This document shows positions 12,002 through 25,456 of a DNA stretch of 64,000 bases, in pieces. Position 1 is the stretch's first letter. The number at the start of each line of letters is the position of its first letter. A program made the position numbers and the translations under genes. Below the pieces are notes generated by a model that saw only the letters and a program-made list of their open reading frames with translations, was not told the DNA's origin and ran no database searches. The stretch is from Schmidtea nova (lineage: Eukaryota), in assembly GCA_044892505.1 (NCBI GenBank), contig CM097882.1, positions 368,652,001 to 368,716,000 of the forward strand. Direction: 5' to 3'.

Positions 12002-14646
12002 TATTTTTAATAATAAATGTTATTTTTGTACTTAGCATTTGTGTATTTCTTAATTAATCTTTAAAACTAGAATCGCTGATTCTTTTAAATAATATTTTTA
12101 TACGCATTTTATGCTCGTTATTTGTCTTTGAAAAGATGTGGATGTCATTCAAGTATACTAAAGCTTATTTCCACATCATATCTCCAATTATAATAAACAT
12201 TAGTTTAAGGAAAGTCGATCGGGCTGCTGCTATGTACAATGTTATTCTATCAAAATAATATTGTCCTAATTTAGTGGAAATTCTTGTTTTATATATTACA
12301 AGTTTTATATATGTTGAGGTTCCCAGAATCTCAACTTGGTATCTTATATAAATAAATAAATCAACACTGGTTCGTTCTAAATTTTTTTAAATAACAAAAT
12401 AATAATTACCAAGCTAAATCAAAATCAAACAATTTCTTTCTAATCAAAATTTCTCTGTGTGTAAATATGTTATGTTTGTAATATGTGATGCGTGAATGCT
12501 GCTCTGAGCTGGATTTACTGTTTGGTCTATTTGAATTATATAGTCGATAACAACTATAAGATTTTTAGTCGCAGTGATTTTTTGGTTCGTTCTACTGAGG
12601 AAAACCTTTTATATAGTTATTTTTTGTGGTCCTTGACTTCAAGTGGTAAAGATCCTTAAACATCAATAACGTTTGTTTTTTGTAAACAATTTTTCTATAT
12701 TTAAAAGTTCAAACAACAATTTATTTTTTGAGAGTCATCTTCATTCCAAGCATCCCTGAGGATAAAAAGATATTAATCTATATCTGGTTGATACCTATAC
12801 ATCTTTTATACTATTATTTTCTAATAATTTGTTTATATCTGTCTGTTTCTTTATTATTTATTTTTTGTTTTAATTGATGGAGAATTTTTTTAAAGCTTTT
12901 GTTAATGTATTTCATTCGACATCTATAAAAATTGAATGAAACACTATGTAAAATTATTTCAAACAAGATAATTGATATCATCCAATGTATTAATAAAGTA
13001 AAGTAAATCTGTAATGCCATGTGCCAAAAAGATATTCATTTTATTGTCTGGTATCGAATTTTGTAAAAGAATTGTATGAGATATGATAATTAATGTTTAA
13101 AGAAATGAAACTATTTACAGTGAGAAAATCAAACAAATTGATGTTATATAAAACTTATAAAATTTAAATAAGAAAATGTGTTTATATCGAATATTAATAT
13201 ATTAAATATTAAAATTTATTATTATTATTAATCTATTAATATCATTATTATTTCCTTTTTATGACCACTGTTATCAATTATATTTTGATTTATAAAAAAA
13301 ATTATATTTTGCAATTATTATTACTACTACTATTACCATATTTATTCTTAAGTTATTATTATTATTATTCTTGTTATCATTATTTTATTATTATACTGCT
13401 CCTGCAGGTGCTTTTGGTTTTTTTTTGCTCTTCACGAGCTTTCAATCAATCGCCCTTCAATCAACACCCAAAACAATTATGTTATGACTCCTTGCGTCTA
13501 AAAAACTGAAATTTGTAAAAGCAATTAAGTTTAGCCCCTAGAGGGCAATTTTAATTAATTATTATTTTTAGATTATTTTTATTTTAATAATAATTTTTTT
13601 CATAATTTAATGTTGATGTCTTAATGTCGTTTATTTATTATTATTTTGATTTTCTTTTGACTTTTACTTGCAAGAGTCCCTTTAAAATTGTTATCAAAGA
13701 AAATATTTTATTGATAAAATAAAATTATTTCCCAAATCATATAAAAATTATTAAAAAATGACAAAACAAAACACATAAAATAAAAAATTCAATAAATCAA
13801 ATAAATCATATAATTGTCCTCACATAATTGTTATCATATCAAAATAAAGTCAAATAATATACAATCAATGAGATCAAATGATTCAATTATTTGATTTTGG
13901 ATTGGATAGATGATCGTTATTGCCCTTGTTGTCTATATATATGTGCGTGTGTGTTTATCTTATATCTATTAACTCCTATTTCATAATATTGCAGTTTTAT
14001 CGTTTTTAATATTCTTCCATTTTCCAACATATATTTACAACGATTACTGCAAATAAATACGTTCAGCAACTAGAAAAAAAAGTAAGAGAAATTCCGCCAA
14101 AATCATACTATACTCTTCAATCGGAAAATGTCATTATTTTACACAAAAAATGCAAGGACATATACAGCAATGGTGACTTAAATAAAGATTAATAAGCTTG
14201 AATGACCTGCTTTACCACATCCAGCCAACTCTCCGGAGATAACAGAAAAAATTGAATGGAAAAACTATCAATAATGAAAGGCAAGTCAATAAGGTTTTCA
14301 AAGATATATTTCAGTTCAAACTTACAAAACTACTTGAAGAAGGAATTGATAATCTGGGAAAATTTCGTATGAAATCGTGAAGAATACATAATAGATTATT
14401 ATAATTTTGTTATTTTTTATGAAAGCATAAAAATATTTGATAAAAACGGAAGTTATTTATAACTTAACCTAATAACGTTCAATTAGCAACGAATTTACTG
14501 AGATTATTAAATTAACTAAATAAATAATAACTGTTATATCAAAGGTGTTCCTATAAATAAATTGTGACACAGATTATGATGGAAAACTGGCGATAGAATA
14601 ATTTCCTTGAAATATATCTTATTTTTTGATGTTTGCATGTTTTTAT

Positions 14647-14649
<3 letters not shown>

Positions 14650-14707
<58 letters not shown>
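14650..14707. repeat. (TA)n microsatellite, about 28 units
   Basis: Seen directly. Confidence 0.97.
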
Positions 14708-14710
<3 letters not shown>

Positions 14711-14842
14711 AGTGATACTTACAGTTTTTTGAAGTTTATTGGTAAATATATATTTGAAAAGTTAAATTCATTTTAAATTTGTTAAAATTTTAAAATTAAG
14801 TTAATGAATTTTGATCTAAATATTTTTCACATTTATTTTTAG

Positions 14843-15121
14843 GTCGAAAGAAAAATTATTACAAATGATTGTAATATTGGTCCAAAAGAACGACAAGTTA
14901 TGACATTTACTTGTCGCGCCACTCGGCAATTTACATATTTTATTATAAATTATTTTATGATTAGTTCAATGTTATTTATATTAACATTCACAAGCTTTTC
15001 TGTACAGAGTAATAATACCTTCGGCCGACTGGCATTGTGCATGACAGTTTTATTAACAAGTGTTACTTTTAAAGTGGCTGTTAGTCAAAATCTTCCAAAG
15101 ATTCCTTATCTTACTTATTTG
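14843..15121 (+). CDS. Host pLGIC exon B (pre-M1, M1, M2, M2-M3 loop)
   Basis: Acceptor tttttag and donor gtaaat at 15122. Encodes VERKIIT...CRATRQFTYFIINYF...GRLALCMTVLLTSVTFKVAVSQNLPKIPYLTYL, with the pLGIC M2 (T6', L9') and the LP.I.YLT motif. Confidence 0.88.
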
Positions 15122-15507
15122 GTAAATATTTTCTATATTTAATTTTTTAAACTAAAATTCTAAGATGTATTATATTATTAATTTCATTATTACATTTTTT
15201 GAAATATTTTTTGCATGTTATGAGTATTATCTTTATTGTTGAGGCAAATATTTTCTTTCAAATAATTTGATATGCATAGAAATAAATAAAATTTCGANNN
15301 NNNNNNNNNNNNNNNNNNNNNNNNNNNNNNNNNNNNNNNNNNNNNNNNNNNNNNNNNNNNNNNNNNNNNNNNNNNNNNNNNNNNNNNNNNNNNNNNNNNN
15401 NNNNNNNNNNNNNNNNNNNNNNNNNNNNNNNNNNNNNNNNNTACTTATTTATATATTTATATACAACTTTATATATTTATATACATTCCAAATTTATTTG
15501 ATAAATA

Positions 15508-15719
15508 TGTTGGGTTGTATGGGTGTTGTTATAAAATATACAACCCAGAGCCCATAATAAATATTACACTCCAACACTCGTGTGCCAATAGCTTTTCCCT
15601 AACTGACTAGGGTGGTACTATACACGGTGGCGAGAATCTAGTGAGCAGGTGAGCTTCATTGCCCAAACTACTCACTATATTCTTTCTTTGGGGTTCCTGC
15701 TGCCGATAGAAGGACTTAC
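15508..15719 (+). ncRNA. Conserved structured motif, copy 1 (most diverged), class unknown
   Basis: Shares TTCCCTA, TGGTACT, GCAGGTGAGC, AACTAC and GCTGCCGATAGAAGG.CTTAC with copies at 26961 and 50082. Stems TAGTGAG/CTCACTA and CGTGTG/TACACG. Confidence 0.5.
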
Positions 15720-17861
15720 TCATCTACTTACCTTACGGTCTTATCACATAATTTTATCTTAACCTTCTGTCACTATATTCTATACTAGGATTACGATTAT
15801 ACATTCTCAAAAATACACCAATAAACCATCCTAACCCCCACTTATTTCTTATACAATTATGTGCTTAATTCGTCTTTTAACATCACCCAAAATTTAATTA
15901 TCAATTAAGTTTATTCTCACCACGCCCGCGGAACTCCGAAGAATCCCCAGCAGTGCGGCTATCACCCTGATGGCATTACACCACCAGGACACATCTACTT
16001 ATTTTATGAGCAAAGTTTTATCGAGGATAACTAAATCAAATTAAATTCAAAATTAATATTCAAATTCAAATATTCAATTCAAAATTTACAGAAAACCCTC
16101 CAATTACGCATTATAAAACAATAAAAACATACTTGAGCAAACTCGCAAAGGTTTGCTTCCCTTGGATAATCAAATAAAACGATCATAGGTGGCTGGTGGA
16201 AAACTGACTGTCCTAAAATTTTGGTTTCAGAAAAAGTGTTAAAATTATGAATTTTCAACGCCTTTATATACTGACCCCAACACCAGTCGCTCGGATATTA
16301 CGTGTACGCTCCCATTTTGACTTTGTCGAGGTTGCATGCACGTATTTTCCAAAATGTTTTTCTATTACTACTTTAAAACTCATTTTTTGACATCATTACA
16401 TGTTCATCAAACCACTCTTTTATACGAAAAGTCTAAAATTCACAATTACTATTAATCGCAAATTGCGTGGTAACTCGCACATCAGGTGAATGACCAAGTT
16501 ATCACCAATGAATTTATGTAAATTATTGATTTATTGATTTTACTACATTCACTGTTACAACAATAATGTCAATACTTCGCTAATATTATTTACCTTATTC
16601 GAAAATTTAATTGTATTTAATTTATTTGTAAGAATTTGTTTTATGATTCATTTTATTTATTTTGTTTTCTTTAGTATTATTAACTTATACATGTTTATTT
16701 TTTATTTATTTATCTGTGTTTTAAAAATCTAATGTATTATTCCACCATCCCAACAAAAGTCAGCATTGTCTTTTGAAAATTTTGGTTTAAAAAAATTGTT
16801 AATTTCGCTTTAAAATAATTTAATTTTTCAATTTTGTCCATTCTCAGATTTCCCAAATTTTAGTACAATTTTTGATATTATGACAATAATTTGTTTGATA
16901 ACTAGTTCATTTTATAAATTTAAAATATGTTCATTAAAACTATCAGCTGGACTTATTTTATCTTTTTCATTTTTTAAAAAATATTATATTAATAATATCT
17001 TGACTTATCAAATATTGTCCATACTTTATTGACTATTGAAATAAAAATTCGATGTACATTTACCAATTTTAAATATATTCACGTGATTTTATATACCACA
17101 AAAATGCGAGACAAAATCTACTAAACCAAATGTGGCACCAATTTTTACTTATTCTAAATATTTTCATGCATTTTTATTAGCCACAATAATCTGTATTCAA
17201 AATATCTATGACCCTTTCTTTTTGAAGAAACTCTAAGAGTTAAAAATATTCCATTGAAATTTGTTTATAAAAATTTCCTATTCCTGAGTCTAAAATTTCA
17301 GTTCAAAAGACTGAATTCCTTTTTGCCTGAAGAGATTGAGAGAACTAAAAATCAAATACTAGGAAATCTTATAAATAAAACAGAAAATATTTTCAGTTCG
17401 TTTTGATGGATAAAAAATTTAATGATCTATCAACTCAATTGAAAAAGCTGATTTAGAAAAATTACGTAATGTATTGAAAATTGTGTGTTAAAACTAGGTG
17501 AAAAAAACTACTTGAAATATTAGTAACTGAATTAAAACAAAAATGCCATTCAATTGAATGAAAAACATGTGTACTACTTGTTAAGATAATAATAATGTCC
17601 TGTATGTACGTATTAATGTCAACAACAGATGCCCCTGGGATTATATATTAATATGTGAGTTTAAGTTAGTAACAGTTGCTATGTTAAACAAGTGGCCCTA
17701 TGCCTTCAAAATACCTACTATTAGCGACAAAAGTTTTTACAATGCATGTTTTGAATTTCTTTAGAAAAATTACCTTCCACAATGATTGTATATAGTCTTT
17801 TATTCTTTTCAATAGTGATTTTCATATATATCTGCTTAAATGAAAAAATTATTATAATTAG

Positions 17862-18065
17862 GACAAAACTATTCTTGGAAATATCGTTATGATAATGGTA
17901 ATTTGTATATGGCATGCAATAACTTCCATGTGGTTTCCAGACCCAACTCTCAATGTAACCATTGGGATCAGCAATTTGAAGCCAGTGGAAACGATTGTTG
18001 CTTTATCAATAGCATCAATTTATATGTTAGCGCTTTTGATATTCGGATTAACAATCTACTTTGAT
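17862..18065 (+). CDS. Host pLGIC exon C (M3, very short loop, M4)
   Basis: Acceptor attag at 17857-17861 and donor gtaaga at 18066. Joins exon B to give YLTYL|DKTIL (family YLTYxDK). Encodes two hydrophobic helices. Confidence 0.85.
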
Positions 18066-18470
18066 GTAAGAGATAAATTGTTTATTTTAATAATTAATCG
18101 TAAAATTTGACAATAAATTCAAACTTTAATTGTTATAGTTCAATTTACCTTTATTATCTTTTCGATCAACAGGAACAAAAAAGTTTCGATTTTCGAAAAT
18201 ACACTTAAATATACTTTCATTTTTAAAATTTTTATATCTGCTTCAGGTTTTCTTTATTCACTTAGATTTACAAGCTATTTTTATCGGAACTCCTTGTATT
18301 TTTAAACATTCAGTTTTAAATAAAAACTGAAGTAAGATAATAATTCAAACAAGATAGAAATATATTTACTAAACTCAATTATTTTAACCAAAAATACAAT
18401 AGGACATTAATTAATTTATTTTACATTTAAAGTTATTCTATTTTTAATATTTTTAACCCAAATCTTTATT

Positions 18471-18970
18471 TTCGTCGTGACCAGACCCGCCGGCTCGGAA
18501 TGTTCTGACAACAGAGCGCGAGCTTGACGTACTATTTCAGTAAGGCTCATTTCCTGAATTTTTGCCGAGGCTCTCATCTGTTGGGACACTGGCAATGGCA
18601 AACCTGTAACAAATGCTCTTTTGAGCAAATTATCTGATTCAATTCCAGCCAGTGTAGCCAATTGCTTTAAATCAGCGTGAAAAACGTCCACCGGCTCCCC
18701 GTTCCATGACCGGGTTCGAAATTCATCGTAGGCCTTGAAACCGTCCATTGAAAAGGTGTCCAGTTACGCCCTTTCGATTGTGTTGCAGCATCGCTTGTCT
18801 TTTTCTGCCAAATAATCATAGACCAAAAAAGCTGGTCCCTCTAATAACAATGGTAGCACGAGCGAAACATCTTCTTTTTTTAGATGAGCTGCCACCAATT
18901 TCAATTTTTTGAGCCAAGACGAGAATTCACCTATCCCGTCATAGGGCTTTATCAACTTTATTATTTCCAT
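18471..18970 (-). pseudogene. gag: gag N-terminal part of element B (inverted block)
   Basis: MEIIKLIKPYDGIGEFSSWLKKLKLVA...RAFVTGLP... is clearly homologous to gag of element C (38472-38972). Confidence 0.85.
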
Positions 18971-18971
18971 T

Positions 18972-18983
18972 GCCGCGATAGCT
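18972..18983 (-). promoter_or_regulatory. Non-canonical PBS-position sequence AGCTATCGCGGC (element B)
   Basis: Immediately follows the LTR end ...TTTTACA and immediately precedes the gag ATG. Identical in element C. Confidence 0.65.
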
Positions 18984-19221
18984 TGTAAAATAATCATTAA
19001 GAGGAACGAGATAGTGAGCACACATTTATTTAATTAAAAACATACATAAATATAGCGATCTAAATTACCGCAACGTAATATGTTGTCGACAAGAACTATT
19101 GCACAATAGTCTAGTCGCTTTAAGACTGTTACGTAACAGTATTGCAGTATTTTCTTGCACAGTAAATTATAAATTAATATGTGTATAAATCGTAGGACTA
19201 TTATGTCACGATATTTTCCCG
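18984..19221 (-). repeat. 5' LTR of element B (inverted; first ~4 nt lost at the breakpoint)
   Basis: Reverse-complement match to 22182-22419 with a few substitutions. Confidence 0.9.
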
Positions 19222-19226
19222 ACGAA

Positions 19227-22166
19227 GTCATCACCCAACAATGTTAAAATAGAAAGTACGCTCTGTTACAAGTGTGGGAGACCTGGACATTACAAGAACA
19301 AATGTACTATGCTAGAATGTTGGACATGCGGGAACACAGGGCACTCATCCAGACAATGTCAAAAAAGATCGCAGGGAAACGCCAGAAGAGAAACTGTAGC
19401 GCCAGCGGTTTCTCAATAACGTCGGGAATGGCGCAGGTGATAATAAAGCTTAAGGTGAACGGCAAGTGGTGCATTGGATTGGTCGATTCTGAATGTTTCC
19501 AAACAATAGCGTCAAGCAGGCTTGCGAGAAGTAGAGGCGAAACCAAGGATGTCATCTCTGTAGATGGTCGAAGAGTGCATTGCGAAGGAGAGAGCCAATG
19601 CAGAATATCCGTACGCGGATCTTGCGTTACGGTAAATTGTTTGATCATGAAAAACCTTGTAGCAAGGGTGGACGTTGTTCTGGGACTTGATGCAATTGGA
19701 CTTCTTGGAGGCGTTTGGATCAATAAAGAAGGAGTGCGATTTGGTGGATGTGCAGTTTCATCAATTGAGAATGAAGTGAGAATTGAAGATGATGATTTTT
19801 CAGCGTCATTCGATGGGAACAAATGGACCGTATCCTGGAAGTGAAAGGACAAACCTACCCTGCTGAAAAACCATGTCTCAGAATATGCAATAAAACCAGA
19901 AATTCGACAGGAGTACGAAAAGGAGGTCGAGCGTTGGATCAAAGAAGACTGGCTGATTCCAGCGAATTGCAACGATCATGGTATCGTGCCCTTGTTAGCA
20001 GCAGTGCAAGAAAACAAAGGGAAAGTCTGATCGGTTCTTGACTTCAGAGAGCTCAATAGTTTCGTTGAATGTCACACCGGTGACAGCGATGTATGTGGCG
20101 AAAGTTTGAAGAAATGGCGACAAATGGGAGATCAGGAGGTTATGCTTGATTTAAAGAATGCCTATTTGCAGTTACATGTCAGTGAGTATCTTTGGAAATA
20201 CCAAAAAGTTAGATACAAAGACTAACTGTACTATTTAACAGGATTGGGATTCGGCCTCAACTGTGCTAAAAAAATAATGTCTCAAGTGCTCAGAAAAGTG
20301 CTAAGCCTCCACCCCAGAATCAAAGTTGCGACAGAACACTACATTGATGATATCGCTGTTAATACAAGTAAAGTTCAAGTCAATGAGGTCGTCAATCATT
20401 TAGCTCAATACGGCTTGACTACAAAGCCAGCCGAATCAATTGAAAACGCAAAGGTTTTTGGGCTCAGAATAAAACGTGATCGTCAGGGCCACCTTTCATG
20501 GATCAGGGGAAATGATGTCGGCGCAATCGAAAGTGAAATCACTCGTCGGATGCTGTTCTCTATATGCGGTAAGCTTGTTGGACATTATCCAGTTGCAGGG
20601 TGGCTCAGAGTAGCGTGCAGTTATATTAAAAGAACTGCAAAGGGCACGAAATGGGATGATTTAATTGGAAAAGAATGCGAATCGAAGCTGTCAGAAGTTA
20701 TTACTCGTGTCAAATCAAACGATCCAGTCAAGGGAAAGTGGACAGTAAGTAAAAGTGAGTGTGGGGTTCTGTGGTGTGATGCGAGTAGTCTCGCCTTAGG
20801 GGTTATGCTGGTAATAAATAATGACGTCGTTGAGGTTGCTTCGTGACTCAGAAAAGGTGATGACCACTCTCATATAAATGTTGCGGAACTAGATGCGGTA
20901 CTCAAGGGTATTAACTTGGCAATACAATGGGGAGTTAAGAGAATCTAGTTGATGGTGGATTCAGCAACGGTAGTAAGTTGGTTAAAAACAGTTCTGAATA
21001 ATGAAAGCAGAATACGGGTCCATGGAATTTCTGAAACGCTCGTCAGACGCCACCTGGGGATCGTCAAAGAACTCACCGTCGACGAAAGTATATCTATCTC
21101 TGTATGTTTAGTGAAGTCAGCAGAGAACCGAGCAGATGTCCTCACGCGTGTTCCAGAAAAATGGCTGAAGCCTGGGAATCTTTTCGGATGTGTAAGACTC
21201 TCAATTGAGCAAATAAAGGCCCGCCATCGGAAACACCATTTCAGCTTAGAAAAATCAATCTACTTCATTCAATCGGAAAATCCGGAGACCAACCGAGACT
21301 GTATAAAAGAAGTCTTGAGAAACTGTACAGAATGTAGGTCAATCGACCCATTACCGATTAAATGAGAGCAAGGCACACTGGAAGTCTCGGAAAACTGGAA
21401 GAGATTGGCGGTTGACGTCACGCATCACGAGGGATCCACATTTCTGACCATGGTGGAATGTGGGCCCAGCAGATTTGCAATCTGGAGGAAAATAGATCGT
21501 GAGGACGCCCCAAACATTGTGAGAAATCTGGAGGAAGTATTTCGGGAGAGAGGCCCAGTATTGGAACTACTGATGGATAATGGGGCAAGTTTTCAATCTA
21601 ATTCTTTGAGAGAGCTTTGTTGTAGATGGAATGTTAAACCGACCTATAGATGCGCTTATCGGCCGGCTGGAAATGGGATCGTAGAAAGAAACCACCGAAC
21701 AATAAAGTGTCATGCAGCCAGGAGTCATGCAGATCCCCGAGATATCGTCTTCTGGTACAATTCCGCGCCTAGAGATGGAACTAATCAGGAAACAGCCCCA
21801 TCAGAAGGGTTGTTCAAGTATCACTGGAGATTTTACCGAGGAAAAGAAGATGAACGCTCAGTATCATGTGAATATACACCTGGGCAAAGGGTTGTTGTGA
21901 AGCCACGACAAGCAAAGTGTACTACTCAATGGCCCATTGGAATTGTAACTGGAATTAATTTCGGCACAAACATTGAAGTGGATGGAATACCGCGTCAGAT
22001 TGCAGACATCCGGCCATTAGTGGAAGAAGATATTGCTGACGAAAAATCAGAGACAGACCGAGCAAGTGAGGAGGAGATGAAAGTTACAACGCATGAGGAC
22101 AGGCCGAGACGACCACGGAGGAAGCCGCTTTATCTTGATCAGTATGATTTGGATGCATCATACTAA
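19227..22166 (+). pseudogene. pol: gag C-terminus and pol of element B (multiple stops)
   Basis: CYKCGRPGHYKNKC and CWTCGNTGHSSRQC, GGGAAAC at 19374-19380, LVDSEC protease, YIDDI RT, WCDASS RNase H, integrase AVDVTH / MDNG / GIVER. Confidence 0.9.
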
Positions 22167-22177
22167 TCACGGGGGAA

Positions 22178-22419
22178 TGTGCGAGAAAATATCGTGACAT
22201 AATAGTCCTACGATTTATGCACATATTAATTTATAATTTACTGTGCAAGAAAATACTGCAATACTGTTGCGTAACAGTCTTAAAGCGACTAGACTATTGT
22301 GCAATAGTTCTTGTCGACAACATATTACGTTGCGGTAATTTAGATCGCTATATTTATGTATGTTTTTAATTAAATAAATGTGTGCTCACTATCTTGTTCC
22401 TCTTAGTGATCATTTTACA
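22178..22419 (+). repeat. 3' LTR of element B (242 bp)
   Basis: TGTG...TACA, preceded by PPT GGGGGAA at 22171-22177. Confidence 0.9.
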
Positions 22420-22429
22420 GAATTTAAGT

Positions 22430-23030
22430 TGAAAAACCAAACACAGTAAGATTTATTCGAAAGTATTTACAACAACTAGTTGACACAACTTTCGATAATA
22501 ATAAATCTCTTTATAAAAATTCAACAACTGTTATTAAACTTCTATTTCGATTTAGCGCAGGGATAAATCTCCCAAAGGAAGATCTCCCTTTCTTGATACG
22601 CTAATAAGAATGAATTTGATTCTAACTCCTACCTATTTTCGACTTCTGGTCTTGCAAATATTTACTCACTTTTTTCTTCGACCACTATGGTAAACTTTGG
22701 AATTTGCCTCTCATTTTTATACTGTCTAGTTTGATGAGTTTTTCTTATCCTATCAGACTGTTCGACGGGTGCCTCTCAAGTTGAAACTTTCTAATGTAAT
22801 TCAATAATAATAAAATTGCTAACCACTTTTCCGTAAATTGGGCTTTTCGGGTTTCCTTTACAATCAATTTACTGGGATAATTACCTATCTCGCTAGTCAT
22901 CCGCACTTCCTACGCTACTCGGGTTCACCATTAGATCGGGTTCTTCATTAGCTTGGCTTTCCCATTAGCCAATTAACTCTTAATTAATTCATTTCTTAAG
23001 GGTCAAATGTGATATAATGAAGCAGTTATT
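22430..23030 (-). repeat. Truncated, diverged LTR of the ~0.8-kb family 'L'
   Basis: Shares ggaagatctccctttc, cgggtttcc and ttcccattag blocks with 33590-34030. Confidence 0.5.
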
Positions 23031-23155
23031 ATGTAAAAAATGCCAAATACTACGTAACCTTTGGTATATTGTACCAGACGGGGACGCATTCTAATACTTA
23101 TCATTATTTTCAATATTATCATTATATTTAACATAATCAATATTCAAATCATATA

Positions 23156-24423
23156 CGTGGTGCACCCATTAAATACCCGGAATGAAGTAGAAAAGAACAT
23201 AATACATTAGTGGGTTTGTATAAGTATTTATTTTTCAATATGCTATCCCCCCAATCTGTACACTATTTTTCAGCGTCTTACCAGCTCCAAAAAGACATTT
23301 TCGTAGAAAATGGAGAGTTGATTTTACAGGAATTCTTGCACCACCTCTTTTAATTCTTGTTTTGAAGTGAAATGTCTACCTCCTACGTGTTTCTTGAGAT
23401 GGAAGAACAAATAAAAATCACTCGGAGCTAGGTCCGATGAATAGGGAGGGTGTGGGAACCTGTGAAAACCCACCTTTTCGATTTCGCTTGTAGAGAATGC
23501 ACTTGTGTTTATTGGGGCATTATACTGAAGAAAATAGAGATTGCATTTGCTGGATTTTCGCCTGGACTTCCTGGCTTTCTGGACTTGCTCGACATAGTAA
23601 CAGGAGTTAATTTTCACATACCTGTCAGCAGAATCTATTGAAACCACGCCATGGAAATCCAAAGAAATCGTTAGCATGAGAGATTTCCGGTGTCAAGTTG
23701 ATGCTTTTAGCTTTTTTGTGCTCGTCTCATCTGGGAATTTCTACTCCTTAGACTTCTGTTTAGTGTCCGGTATATATAAAGAGAGCAGGTTTCATCAACT
23801 GTCACGATGTTTTGCAGAAAAAAATCTTCAACTTGCTCCAATGTCATGAGATTGGCCTGGCATGAATTGTTTTCACACATTTCACTTGTGAAGAAGCGTG
23901 AAACAAACCGTGAAGAAGTTTTCTCATACCCATAGACTTTAAGGAATCCAAACATCCTTTGCTCAAATTCAGACTGTCACAGATCATTCTTGTTGTGATT
24001 CGCCTGTCAAATTTTACAATATTCTCCTATTTTTCTTTAATGTTTTCACCAATTTCCAAAGGTCTTCCGGCACTTTTCTCATCAAAGACACTCTGTCTAC
24101 CATGCTTAAATTGTGCAATCCAGTCATAAATAGTAGTTTTGGATGGGTTTTCATCACGGTATGCATTCATCAACTCCTCAATAATTTCCTTCGCCGACAA
24201 CTTCTTCAAAACAAGAAACTTTATTACACTACGAAATTCCACGGGAGAATACATGATTATGACGAAAAAATGAATGTCCGCAAAAATTAGACAATATGCA
24301 GACGTAACAGTAAAACAATCTCTATTTCAGTTACCTATAATACTCAAGGAATATATCACAAAAAATCATTTAAATTGATATTTTATTAGACCTTTATTCC
24401 GGGTATTTAATGGGCACACCACG
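23156..24423 (-). mobile_element. Mariner (DD34D) transposon, full length, frameshifted
   Basis: TIRs CGTGGTGCACCCATTAAATACCCGGAA / inverse with TA flanks. Transposase pieces MYSPVEFRSVIKF, IVTVDET and PHPPYSSDLAPSDFYLF. Confidence 0.93.
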
Positions 24424-24479
24424 TACATTCAATGTTTTTAATCAACACAATATTTGCTGAGGGTATTTTATAACTTTAA

Positions 24480-25110
24480 TCCTGTGTTTTCTAACATATA
24501 ACCTTTGACATTTGGGTGTGATTTTTGACTATTAAAATCGTCTTCCTTACCTTTATTGTCGATCCTGGCCACTTGTCTCTAGAATAGTTTTTTGCATATC
24601 TCGTAACATTTATATTTGAAGTCCAATTGTCTATGACAAATGTGCATATAGAACATTTGCGTCTCTTTGTATACGCAGAATCTAAATACTTTCGATTCTG
24701 GTTAGTAATTTTTTTCATCATTTTATTCTTTTTTGATTGAATTCGATATATTCTGCTTTTCTGTCTAAAAACTATTTTTGGATCAAGTACATTATCTGCC
24801 CTAAATTTAAATAAAATAACAAATAATAGAAAAATAAAATATAATTACAACTAAACTATTTGTTAATTATTTAATCTAATTACTTCATATAAGGTATTAT
24901 AGATATCGTTTTTATAAATTTCTTTCCACATAAATTCTGCAATTTATGAAGGCAGATCCACTCTTTTTACTCATTTTTAGAGACTTTAACTTGAGTTTTT
25001 GTTTATTCCAATATAATTCAATATTCTGTGAATGAATCTGTGAATGAATCAGAAAGAGGAAATAATGAACTTTGTCTATTATATGACAATGCTCTAATAT
25101 ACACATCTCA
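24480..25110 (-). pseudogene. Probable Merlin/IS1595-like transposase fragments
   Basis: IHSQNIELYWNKQKLKLK matches the HTQ.IE..W...K catalytic-Glu segment of Merlin transposases. Confidence 0.45.
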
Positions 25111-25456
25111 CCTGACTATGGTAAAAACTGAGTCATGTGGATTGTACATGGTGCCTCACCCACCATACATTTCTGACCTTGCCTTATGAATTTTCACTTC
25201 CGAAAACTGAAGAAGAATTTACGAGAAAGTCTTTAATTGTGCCTATGATTTGCAGCAGCATGTCACGAATTTGCAGATTTCATACCCCAAAACCTTCTAA
25301 GAAAATGGATTTTTGAATTTAGTGTCACAATGGAAAAATTCGTGGAAGTTGATGGAGCTTACATTAAGAAATAAACTTTTACATATTGCTTGTTTGTTGC
25401 TAAACATTTGAATAAAATTGGTCGATCTAGTCTGAGTATTTATTTGGCACACCACG
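25105..25456 (+). mobile_element. 3' fragment of a mariner
   Basis: PHPPYISDLA-like codons and a terminal ...GGCACACCACG resembling the TIR at 24423. Confidence 0.6.

Larger units (their letters stand above)
18471..22419 (+). mobile_element. Compact gypsy-like LTR retrotransposon B with its 5' LTR and gag 5' half inverted
   Basis: 18984-19221 is the reverse complement of the 3' LTR at 22178-22419. The gag N-terminus is on the - strand. The gag C-terminus with two CCHC knuckles and PR-RT-RH-INT are on the + strand. Confidence 0.88.

Noticed and set aside
12814-13509. Hydrophobic short ORFs in AT-rich tracts (also 25711, 32649, 34016, 45808)
   Set aside because: Ile/Leu/Phe/Tyr richness follows from low-complexity AT sequence. 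No splice or homology support.
19307-19972. 221-aa minus-strand ORF, and similar antisense ORFs such as 7732-8085 and the many + strand ORFs in 54058-63892
   Set aside because: Shadows of real coding frames, favoured by strong strand skew. No motifs.
18984-22419. Element B as a DIRS-like element with natural inverted terminal repeats
   Set aside because: It has a DDE integrase and a PPT, and re-inverting 18471-19226 restores an in-frame gag and direct LTRs.
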